In this document: piece by piece, positions 17,895-25,587 of the stretch | Position numbering within the stretch: position 1 is the stretch's first letter | Layout: each line of letters starts with the position of its first letter | Assembly (NCBI GenBank): GCA_934162555.1 | Contig: CAKPJE010000002.1 | Location: 1 to 33,781 of the forward strand | Origin: an uncultured Bacilli bacterium | Lineage (GTDB): Bacteria > Bacillota_I > Bacilli_A > RF39 > UBA660 | Reading direction: 5' to 3' | Length of the DNA: 33,781 nucleotides | Notes under the pieces: model-generated | What the model saw: only the letters and a program-made list of their open reading frames with translations | The model's database searches: none | What the model was told of the DNA's origin: nothing | Made by a program: the position numbers and the translations under genes

Positions 17895-17903
17895 TCGTTT
17901 TTT
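17876..17903. terminator. Palindrome / possible bidirectional terminator embedded in two convergent gene ends
   Basis: Perfect 16-nt palindrome CGATCAAATTTGATCG (17882-17897) flanked by AAAAA on the left and TTTTT on the right. Confidence 0.4.
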
Positions 17904-19117
17904 AATTCAAGAGCTAAAGCTTTGGCAATTCCTTTAACATAACCATCTTTGTTATTAATAAGATTGTTTAAATCATTTTTACATGTAATATAACCAAGTT
18001 CTAGTAAATATCCCTCAATTCCCATATTGAAATTATAATAATTATTAGCAGGATAATCTTTATTTCTACCATCCATATAAGCACCAGTCATATAGCCACC
18101 AGTTTCTCGATTATAAAAGTACCAAGGTGTATTTGCTGTAACATTTTCATAGTAATTATAGCCATTTTTTTTAGCGCTTACCTTAGCTTCTTCTATTTCT
18201 GCACTTGTCAAAGTTTTAACATACACACCATCTTTAACTTTATATAATTGCATAGGTGAATAAGTAGTATTAGAATATTCTTTTATTTCAGTTGCAATAC
18301 TATAAGCAAAATCATAATTCATGTTAGGGGATGCATAAACTTCTATTCCTCCAGTAATAATAGAGTGAGGAGTACTATTAATGTGGACAGAAAGGAAAAG
18401 CTTGGCTTTTACTTCATACGGCATCGTAGCCCGTCCATTTTTACCATAAGGACTAGGGTTAGTATTATCTTCTCTTGTTAATTTAACTTTAAAACCTAAA
18501 TCTTCTAATTCCTTTTTTAATCTTAAAGAAATATCTAAATCAATATTTGATTCATAAATATCTCCCTTAACAGCACCCACATCTGCACCACCATGGCCTG
18601 GATCTACAACAATATCATATATATTATCAGTCATTATGATTTTTTGGTTTTTAACTTTGAAAAAACTTTTATTTTTAAATTCAGAAAATATAAATTCTAA
18701 ATGATTAGTTTGGTTATTTGAACTTATTGTATAATATTCAGCACCTTCATAATTTGAATTATTTTTTAAAGGATAATATTTATCATTTAAAGAAATTAAA
18801 ATTATATAATTATCATAATTAATTTTTTCTAAATTAATCCCTCCATTTATTTTATCATTTAAATAAAAATAATTATCATTAATTGTAAGATCATATTTAG
18901 TTTCTTCAAATAATGAATTTAAAAAAATTAAACTTGCATTTTCAAGTGAAAAATCAGCATGGCCTTTAATATTTAAATAGCGCCCATATATATATAATTC
19001 ATCAACATATATATGGTCATCTTCTAGTTTTTCATATATTTTATTATCAAAATTATTGATATCTATTACAAACAAAACAATAACTAAAACTACAATTAAT
19101 AAAAATATTTTCTTCAC
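17885..19117 (-). CDS. N-acetylmuramoyl-L-alanine amidase (Amidase_3 family) with an N-terminal anchor and an extra N-terminal domain
   Basis: The C-terminal half has VVDPGHGGADVGAV...LTREDN...FLSVHINS...GIEVY, the Amidase_3 zinc-ligand pattern. GTG start at 19115-19117 follows GAGGTGA. The N-terminal signal/anchor is KKIFLLIVVLVIVLFVI. Confidence 0.85.
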   Translation of the reverse strand: MKKIFLLIVVLVIVLFVIDINNFDNKIYEKLEDDHIYVDELYIYGRYLNIKGHADFSLENASLIFLNSLFEETKYDLTINDNYFYLNDKINGGINLEKINYDNYIILISLNDKYYPLKNNSNYEGAEYYTISSNNQTNHLEFIFSEFKNKSFFKVKNQKIIMTDNIYDIVVDPGHGGADVGAVKGDIYESNIDLDISLRLKKELEDLGFKVKLTREDNTNPSPYGKNGRATMPYEVKAKLFLSVHINSTPHSIITGGIEVYASPNMNYDFAYSIATEIKEYSNTTYSPMQLYKVKDGVYVKTLTSAEIEEAKVSAKKNGYNYYENVTANTPWYFYNRETGGYMTGAYMDGRNKDYPANNYYNFNMGIEGYLLELGYITCKNDLNNLINNKDGYVKGIAKALALELKNDQI

Positions 19118-19162
19118 CTTTTCACCTCTATAATAAATAATTATACACGGAAAAAATAAAAA

Positions 19163-19191
19163 TTGATATAGTTTTTGTCGAAAGGAATAAT
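19163..19191 (+). promoter_or_regulatory. Candidate promoter (TTGATA-17-AATAAT)
   Basis: TTGATA at 19163-19168, AATAAT at 19186-19191. The leader to the GGGGG RBS is short. Confidence 0.3.
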
Positions 19192-19210
19192 ATTTAATGA
19201 AGGGGGAAAT

Positions 19211-20059
19211 ATGAAAAAGATTTATTTGTTTGTTCTAAGCTTTTTATTACTAATTAATGTAAATGCATCTGATGTAATGAATGAAATAAAAATTGAGTAT
19301 GAGAATAATGTACTTACGACTTCAACTAGAAGTTATACTAATGAAAGATATATTTTTAAAATAGATTATATAGGAGATGTAACAAGTTTAACTGCTGATC
19401 AATTAGCATTCGCACTTAATCAAAGCTCTAATGATTACCTAAAAGTTTTTGGGAATATTAAAGTAACAATAGTACCCGATCCAAATGGTAAATTTAAAAA
19501 TATTGAAAACAAAATTTATGTGGGGTATACAGGAGGTATGTTTGGTAATTCTTTAACAGAAACTGTAATGCCAAATAATACAGCAACAAAAGAAAATTTG
19601 AGTTTTACTATTAAAAATCCTATTTTAGAAGTGTATTATAGGGTAGATGAGAATAGTGCTTGGAAAAATGATAAAGCTAGTCTTTCAGGTGATATGAAAC
19701 TAGAAAATCAACTTGCTAAGTTACTTAATATTGATTTAAGCACGAATCCAAATGGGGTAAAAGAAAAATATAAAACATTATATTATTTTAAACCATATGA
19801 AGATAAAGTATATAGTAATAGATTCGATTTATATGAAGCAACACCAACTACACCTGCTGGAGCTGAAGGCGAGAATTATGAAACATCTACATTAAAAAAA
19901 ATAAGTACTGAATATGCCATACTAAAATTTGATTATCCAAGTACAGGAGCATTTTTTGAAGTTGAAGCTAAAACAAATAAGTTACCATATATAATAGTTA
20001 CAACAATACTGCTTGGAATAGGGTTATTCTACTGCTTAAAATGTAAAAAAATCATATAA
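19211..20059 (+). CDS. Hypothetical surface protein with signal peptide and C-terminal membrane anchor
   Basis: I prefer the ATG at 19211 (AAGGGGGAAAT upstream) over the ORF-track start at 19175. The signal is MKKIYLFVLSFLLLINVNAS. The C-terminus is YPSTGAFFEVEAKTNKLPYIIVTTILLGIGLFYCLKCKKII (TM plus basic tail). I recognise no family. Confidence 0.65.
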   Translation: MKKIYLFVLSFLLLINVNASDVMNEIKIEYENNVLTTSTRSYTNERYIFKIDYIGDVTSLTADQLAFALNQSSNDYLKVFGNIKVTIVPDPNGKFKNIENKIYVGYTGGMFGNSLTETVMPNNTATKENLSFTIKNPILEVYYRVDENSAWKNDKASLSGDMKLENQLAKLLNIDLSTNPNGVKEKYKTLYYFKPYEDKVYSNRFDLYEATPTTPAGAEGENYETSTLKKISTEYAILKFDYPSTGAFFEVEAKTNKLPYIIVTTILLGIGLFYCLKCKKII

Positions 20060-20106
20060 GGTCTATAATGAAACTAAATAGATTGTTTCTTATAGTCCTT
20101 TTTTTG
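20059..20106 (+). terminator. Candidate terminator
   Basis: AGGTCTATAA (20059-20068) pairs with TTATAGTCCT (20090-20099) with one mismatch and a 21-nt loop, followed by TTTTTTT. Confidence 0.4.
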
Positions 20107-20176
20107 TATAAAAATTTAATAAATAATGCTATAAAAGCATATTTTTAAAATTACAACAAATGTCTTTCCATATGTA

Positions 20177-20206
20177 TTGATTAATAAAAAAATGTAATGA
20201 TATAAT
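20177..20206 (+). promoter_or_regulatory. Candidate promoter TTGATT-18-(TGa)TATAAT for the GNAT gene
   Basis: TTGATT at 20177-20182, TG at 20198-20199, TATAAT at 20201-20206. GGAAGGA RBS precedes the ATG at 20239. Confidence 0.5.
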
Positions 20207-20238
20207 ATAATTGCATTAAATGGAAGGAATTTTAGTTC

Positions 20239-20745
20239 ATGATAAAATTTATAAATAATGAGGAATATATTAAAAACAAATTGGAAATTCAAAAATTAAT
20301 TGCTGGCATATTTAAAAACGATAATGACAAAATAGCAAATTTAGAAGAAACAATGGAACACCTAGATTTTATTTTTGCACAAAAAAATAATAAAGCTTTT
20401 TTACTTCTCAATATTGAAAATGATGAGTTAATATGTATGGTAAATTTTCTGGAATATAATAATATTTTTAAAGATTGGAGTTTATTTTCTGCTTTTACCA
20501 AAAAAGATAAAAGAAGAAATGGATATGCAAGTGAAATTATAAAAGAGGGAATAAAAATAATAAAACAACTTAATGGTAACAAAATTGTTTCAGGAATAGA
20601 AGACGACAATATTAGTTCTAAAAAACTCCATGAAGAATTAGGTTTTGTTTATGAAGGAAAAAATTGGAATGAGATAGCAGAAGGATTCCCCAAAAATCAT
20701 TTAGGATATGTTTATTATATTGAAAAAGATGGTCATGGAAAATAG
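20239..20745 (+). CDS. GNAT-family N-acetyltransferase
   Basis: 168 aa. The acetyl-CoA-binding-like core is FTKKDKRRNGYASEIIKEGIKIIKQ...NISSKKLHEELGFVYEG. Confidence 0.7.
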   Translation: MIKFINNEEYIKNKLEIQKLIAGIFKNDNDKIANLEETMEHLDFIFAQKNNKAFLLLNIENDELICMVNFLEYNNIFKDWSLFSAFTKKDKRRNGYASEIIKEGIKIIKQLNGNKIVSGIEDDNISSKKLHEELGFVYEGKNWNEIAEGFPKNHLGYVYYIEKDGHGK

Positions 20746-20809
20746 TAAAATCAAAATAACTTGAATAAAATATGTAAATCATTTTAACTACAAATAGTCG
20801 TAAATAACT

Positions 20810-20855
20810 AAAAGAATAGTTTTAATAAAATTTTAAAACATTGTCTATTCTTTTT
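20810..20855 (+). terminator. Candidate terminator after the GNAT gene
   Basis: AAAAGAATAG (20810-20819) pairs with CTATTCTTTT (20845-20854). The loop contains a nested GTTTTAA/TTAAAAC stem. Confidence 0.5.
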
Positions 20856-20978
20856 AATTGCAGTTCATTCAGGAAGATATTAAAACTTAATAATATTAAA
20901 AATAATTATTACAAAAGACATTATAAATGTATAAGTATAAAAAACTTCCACATTTATTTTTTTAGTTAAAATGAAACC

Positions 20979-21007
20979 TTGTTTTTTTCTTTAAGATATG
21001 GTATATT
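20979..21007 (+). promoter_or_regulatory. Candidate promoter TTGTTT-17-(TGg)TATATT
   Basis: TTGTTT at 20979-20984, TG at 20999-21000, TATATT at 21002-21007. The leader to the ATG at 21028 is short. Confidence 0.3.
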
Positions 21008-21027
21008 AATAATAGGATAGTGATGAT

Positions 21028-21942
21028 ATGGAAGTAGTAAATTTTGATGAAGATATATTAAGAAATCAAAGCATTAAAAGAAACGTTAATCAAATTTATG
21101 GCATTTTCTATTCAGATAATGTAAATAGAAGTTATCAAATAGTAACAATAGCCGAATACTATGAAGCAAATAAAACCATACTCGGATCTTATAACTCAAC
21201 TAATTTAAGAGATAGAATTGAAATAGTACCCCAAATATATAAAACATGTTTGCTCCCATCAGAAGAAGACTATAAAACATTTAGATCAGACTACTTTAAA
21301 CAAATAATATTATCATTTTTACTAAGTCAAAGATTACCACTAAGTTCATATAAAATAGACAAAAATGAAAAAAAGCTATTAAATCCAACCGCTAATTCTA
21401 ATTATGATGAAATGGCCGATAGTAAAATTGTTTTCAACGACATTACAATACCAAGAGAAGAACTAATAAAATTTTTATTTCAGTATTATCTAAAAGATAT
21501 AATACCTACAGTAAAAAGTTTGAATGATGAACAACCAAAATATTTTGCCGATATCAAAGCAATAACATATAGTAACATTCAACCAAGTAATATAACACTA
21601 TTTATGAATCTTATAATCGCGAACTATAAAAGATTAATAACATTATATAAAATATATGCCAGTGAAGACATCAGAAAAAAAGCAGCAATAGAAGAATTAT
21701 TAAAAGAAAGAGCCAAAATAATTGACAGTTTAAATAATATAAACAAAAAAATTGAAGACGAAGGTGGCAGGGGAAAAAGTTTAACCTTTAAATCTGGTAA
21801 AGCATCAAGTAAACTATTCATGTATGATAATGAAAATGGATTCATGCAAAACTTACTATTCATTTTCCTAGTAGGCTTAACATCAGGATTATCATTTTTC
21901 TTTATTTCATCAATAATCAAATTTATATTAAATAGAATCTAA
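21028..21942 (+). CDS. Hypothetical tail-anchored membrane protein
   Basis: 304 aa. It has a soluble N-terminal part, a charged coiled-coil-like stretch (EDIRKKAAIEELLKERAKIIDSLNNINKKIEDEGG), and a single C-terminal TM (LLFIFLVGLTSGLSFFFISSII). I recognise no family. Confidence 0.6.
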   Translation: MEVVNFDEDILRNQSIKRNVNQIYGIFYSDNVNRSYQIVTIAEYYEANKTILGSYNSTNLRDRIEIVPQIYKTCLLPSEEDYKTFRSDYFKQIILSFLLSQRLPLSSYKIDKNEKKLLNPTANSNYDEMADSKIVFNDITIPREELIKFLFQYYLKDIIPTVKSLNDEQPKYFADIKAITYSNIQPSNITLFMNLIIANYKRLITLYKIYASEDIRKKAAIEELLKERAKIIDSLNNINKKIEDEGGRGKSLTFKSGKASSKLFMYDNENGFMQNLLFIFLVGLTSGLSFFFISSIIKFILNRI

Positions 21943-21970
21943 AAGAAAGTACAAAATGCTTTCTTTTTTT
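21942..21970 (+). terminator. Intrinsic terminator
   Basis: AAAGAAAG (21942-21949) pairs with CTTTCTTT (21959-21966) around a 9-nt loop, followed by a T-run to 21970. Confidence 0.55.
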
Positions 21971-22024
21971 GACATTATTTTTAAAACAATAATTATATAA
22001 TAATTTTGAAAGGAATTAATTAAA

Positions 22025-22465
22025 ATGAAAAAAATTTTACCAATTATACTAGGACTAGTAGTAGGCCTGATTTTTACAAAATTATTTTATACATCATATA
22101 ATGCTAAAGCAGCTTTTAATGAAAATGTTAATGTTTATGTATTTCAACAAGGTGTATATTCAAGTGTTGAATCAATCAAAGAAAATGTCAATTTAAACTA
22201 TTACATATATGAAAAAAATAATGATATGTACCATGTATATGCAGCATTTACAACAAATTCAAACAATGTTAATAAATTAAAAGGATTTTTTGAAAATTTA
22301 GGGTATAGTATATATGTAAAGGAAATTAACATACCAGCCAATAATTTTACAGAAACACTAAAACAATATGATTTATTACTTGAAAGAACCGAAGATGAAA
22401 AAACTATCGAAGCAATAAATGCAAATGTTCTTAGTGTATATGAGGAGGTATATAGTGAAAATTAA
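22025..22465 (+). CDS. Membrane-anchored SPOR-like domain protein
   Basis: N-terminal TM (ILPIILGLVVGLIFTKLF). This is followed by VYVFQQGVYSSVESIKENVN...MYHVYAAFTTNSNNVNKLKGFFENLGYSIYVKEI, which resembles the SPOR pattern (vQvGaf.s...A...........y.V.vG.f.....A......L...G....v). Confidence 0.5.
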   Translation: MKKILPIILGLVVGLIFTKLFYTSYNAKAAFNENVNVYVFQQGVYSSVESIKENVNLNYYIYEKNNDMYHVYAAFTTNSNNVNKLKGFFENLGYSIYVKEINIPANNFTETLKQYDLLLERTEDEKTIEAINANVLSVYEEVYSEN

Positions 22466-23132
22466 AAATATCCCGATAAATGATAGACCAAGAGAAAGAT
22501 TATTAGAAAAAGGTCCATCAAGCTTAAGCAATGAAGAATTATTAACAATAATTTTAGGAAGTGGGAATAAAAATAAAAGTGTTAAAGAAATATCAAATTC
22601 TTTACTTACTAGTATTAAAAATATTAGTGAATTAAAAAACAAAAATTATCAAGAATTAACTAAAATTGAAGGAATAGGTAATGCTAAAGCATGTATATTA
22701 CTAGCTTTAATTGAAATATCAAAAAGAATGAATCAAAATATAAACAGTTTAAATAATGTAATATTTAAAACACCAGATCTAATATATGATTTTTTTAAAG
22801 AACCATTAGCTGATGAAATGCAAGAAAACTTTTATTGCATATATTTAAACAAACACAAAAGGATAATTTCCTATAAACTATTATTTAAAGGTACTCTTGA
22901 TCGAAGCTTAGTTCATCCAAGAGAAATATTTAAAGAAGCATATTTATTAAGTGCATCAAGTATAATATGCGTTCATAATCATCCAAGTGGAATTTTAAAT
23001 CCAAGTAATGAAGATCTATATTTAACAAAGTCATTAATAAATATAGGAAATATAATGGGAATTGAAATTAATGACCACATAATAATTGGTAAAAACGGAT
23101 ATTATAGTTTTTTTGAAAATGGTGATTTATGA
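22455..23132 (+). CDS. radC: RadC-family JAMM-motif protein
   Basis: GTG start at 22455 lies 7 nt after GAGGAGG and gives VKIKNIPINDRPRERLLEKGPSSLSNEELLTIILGSG. The JAMM motif HNHPSG and the ELTKIEGIGNAKA HhH are present. The ORF-track start at 22419 is less likely. Confidence 0.85.
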   Translation: MKIKNIPINDRPRERLLEKGPSSLSNEELLTIILGSGNKNKSVKEISNSLLTSIKNISELKNKNYQELTKIEGIGNAKACILLALIEISKRMNQNINSLNNVIFKTPDLIYDFFKEPLADEMQENFYCIYLNKHKRIISYKLLFKGTLDRSLVHPREIFKEAYLLSASSIICVHNHPSGILNPSNEDLYLTKSLINIGNIMGIEINDHIIIGKNGYYSFFENGDL

Positions 23133-23857
23133 AAAAAATAATTGTTATATTACTTAGTATAGTTACTCTATGTACAATAATTTGGAAATTTAATTTTTTT
23201 GATGAAACAAAAGCTTTTTTTCTAAATAAAATTAATTATGTAGTAAAAAAAATAAATTATAAAAAAAAGCTTGATAGCACTAAATCATATTTGTTATCAG
23301 TTATAGATGATTATGAAGAAAAAATAAGTTCTTATGAATCATTACTTGTAAGTTATGAAATGTTAAAAAAAGAAAATAGTGAATTAAGAAATCAATTAGA
23401 TATTCCTAAAAACAATCATTCTATTGTATATGCCGATGTTTTAGAAAAGTCTGCCATTTATGATTATTTGATTATAAATAAAGGTGCAAATAAAAATATA
23501 AAAGTAGGTAATGCTGTTATTACAAGTGGATCATTTATAGGAATTGTAAACGAAGTAAATGAAAATTCAAGTAAAGTAAAGTTAATCGCGAATATGAAAT
23601 ATCCTGTAATGATAAGCTCTAGTAATTCATATGGTCAAATAGATTCATATAAAGATGGCTACTATTACATAAGTGGAATAAGTGGTGATGTAAAAGTTGA
23701 TGATCATGTAGTAACAGGGAAATTTTCGCTTGATATACCAAGTGGATTATTAATTGGAACAGTTGAAGAAGTTTCTTATGATAATTTTGAACTTTCAAAA
23801 ATTTTAAAAGTAAAATGTAATAATGATTATGATATAGTAGGAGTTATTATAAAGTGA
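23129..23857 (+). CDS. mreC: Rod shape-determining protein MreC
   Basis: N-terminal TM, a coiled-coil (YESLLVSYEMLKKENSELRNQL), and the beta-rich domains INKGANKNIKVGNAVITSGSFIGIVNEVNENSSKVKLI and SGLLIGTVEEV. The start overlaps the radC stop. Confidence 0.85.
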   Translation: MKKIIVILLSIVTLCTIIWKFNFFDETKAFFLNKINYVVKKINYKKKLDSTKSYLLSVIDDYEEKISSYESLLVSYEMLKKENSELRNQLDIPKNNHSIVYADVLEKSAIYDYLIINKGANKNIKVGNAVITSGSFIGIVNEVNENSSKVKLIANMKYPVMISSSNSYGQIDSYKDGYYYISGISGDVKVDDHVVTGKFSLDIPSGLLIGTVEEVSYDNFELSKILKVKCNNDYDIVGVIIK

Positions 23858-24285
23858 TAGGAATATTTTTAGATATTCTTTTAGGATACTTTGGAATTAA
23901 TAGCTTAATTGGTTTTAGTTATCTTTTTATTTATAAAAAAAATTATCTAGATATAATAATTATTGGTTTAATAATGGATTTATTTTATGTTAAGTATTAC
24001 TGCACTTATCTAATTATATGGTATTTTATTATTAAATTAATTTATAAATATGTCAAAAAAAATATCTTTACAGATTTATTAATTCTTTATTTTGTGGTAC
24101 TTATATATTACTTAATTACTATTAATATTATGAATTATAAAATAATTATTTTATATTCTTTTATTCCTTGTATATTTTATTTATTAGTTCATATAATTAA
24201 GTATGAGAAAGATAAGCAAAATATTAGTAGTAATAATAATTACACTAGGTATTCTTATAGGTATAAAAACAAATCGCCAATTTAA
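23854..24285 (+). CDS. mreD: Rod shape-determining protein MreD (putative)
   Basis: 143-aa, very hydrophobic protein directly after mreC (GTGA overlap). The assignment rests on position and topology. The last roughly 27 codons overlap the next gene. Confidence 0.6.
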   Translation: MIGIFLDILLGYFGINSLIGFSYLFIYKKNYLDIIIIGLIMDLFYVKYYCTYLIIWYFIIKLIYKYVKKNIFTDLLILYFVVLIYYLITINIMNYKIIILYSFIPCIFYLLVHIIKYEKDKQNISSNNNYTRYSYRYKNKSPI

Positions 24286-24718
24286 TAAATTTTTTTATAA
24301 GAATATTTATGAAACAAGTGTACCATTTATGAAGATAAATAATTGGTATGAAAAACATTTTGGTTCGTTTTTGATTTTTAAGAATAATGATGTACCAGTT
24401 TTTAAAGAAAAATTATCATATAATTCAGCAGAAGCTTATTTGGACGGTGTTAAGTTAAATGTAGAAAATAATTATTTGATTCCTTCAATGGGTACTGGAT
24501 TAGTATTATTCATTGGGGAAAAAGAAAATTATGGTGATACGGTTATAGTATCACTTAATACTGGTATTGATGTTTGGTATGCTAATATTAATTCAAGTGT
24601 GAAATTGTATGATTATGTTAAAGAGGGAGAACTTATAGGAACCTCTAAAGATAACACCATTTATCTAGTTTTTAAAAAAGATGGGAATATACTTAATTAT
24701 GAAGAATATATACATTAA
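24203..24718 (+). CDS. spoIVFA: SpoIVFA-like protein (membrane anchor plus degenerate M23/LytM domain)
   Basis: N-terminal anchor RKISKILVVIIITLGILIG. The C-terminal LytM-like domain is GTGLVLFIGEKENYGDTVIVSLNTGIDVWYANINSSVKLYDYVKEGELIGT, with no obvious HxxxD/HxH zinc ligands. It sits immediately upstream of an S2P protease, as in B. subtilis spoIVF. Confidence 0.65.
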   Translation: MRKISKILVVIIITLGILIGIKTNRQFNKFFYKNIYETSVPFMKINNWYEKHFGSFLIFKNNDVPVFKEKLSYNSAEAYLDGVKLNVENNYLIPSMGTGLVLFIGEKENYGDTVIVSLNTGIDVWYANINSSVKLYDYVKEGELIGTSKDNTIYLVFKKDGNILNYEEYIH

Positions 24719-25406
24719 TCCTTTGTTTTATATTTTCTCGTTTATTTTACTAGTTACAGGCTTTTTTAAGCCTTTTTTATTTATGATGATTTATTTGATA
24801 ATTCATGAATTAGGTCATATAATTGTGTCATTTTGCTTTGGTTATAAAATTATAAAAATTAATGTTTATCCTTGTGGTTTATTAACTGTATTTGATATGA
24901 AATTAAATGATTCGAGTTTTAAAAATTTATTGATCGCTCTTAGTGGTCCGATTTTTCAGATTGTGTGCTATTTGGTTTTAAAGAAATATTATGAGATTCA
25001 TATGTTTTTACTTATTTTAAATTTACTTCCTATACATCCACTGGATGGTTCAAAGATATTTAGTACTTTTTTATATTTTTTATTTCCTTATAAAACGAGT
25101 AATAATATATTATTTTTTGTTAGTTATATTTTATCTTTATTTATTTTGATGTATTTTATTTTTAATTTTAATTTACTTTATTTGCTCATTTTTATTATTT
25201 TATTTATTAGAACAATTGATCTTTATAAGAATAGGGATTATTTATTTAATTTGTTTGTATTGGAGAGAGTATTATATAATTTTAAATATATGTTTTTCAA
25301 AAAAATTAATAGTATAAATGATATGTATAAGGGGAAATATCATTATATAAGGTTTAAGAATAATTATATAGATGAGAAGAAGTACTTGAAATATTTTTAT
25401 AAATAG
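24681..25406 (+). CDS. spoIVFB: Site-2 metalloprotease (M50B), SpoIVFB-like
   Basis: HELGH motif (LIIHELGHIIVS) in TM2 and LNLLPIHPLDGSKI (NxxPxxxLDG) in a later TM. An alternative start at 24699 (MKNIYINP...) is possible. Confidence 0.8.
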   Translation: MGIYLIMKNIYINPLFYIFSFILLVTGFFKPFLFMMIYLIIHELGHIIVSFCFGYKIIKINVYPCGLLTVFDMKLNDSSFKNLLIALSGPIFQIVCYLVLKKYYEIHMFLLILNLLPIHPLDGSKIFSTFLYFLFPYKTSNNILFFVSYILSLFILMYFIFNFNLLYLLIFIILFIRTIDLYKNRDYLFNLFVLERVLYNFKYMFFKKINSINDMYKGKYHYIRFKNNYIDEKKYLKYFYK

Positions 25407-25587
25407 TGTATAATTCAAGTAAGATATGAAAGGTTTGTTGATAACATGAAACCACTAATACATACATACATGTATTACTAAATAAAAAAATAAAAATAAT
25501 TTTTGTTGATAACTATATTGGGAACAGGGAATATATAGATACTGGTCCTCTTTTTGGTGGTTTAAAAAATATAGAAGGAGGAAGTAT

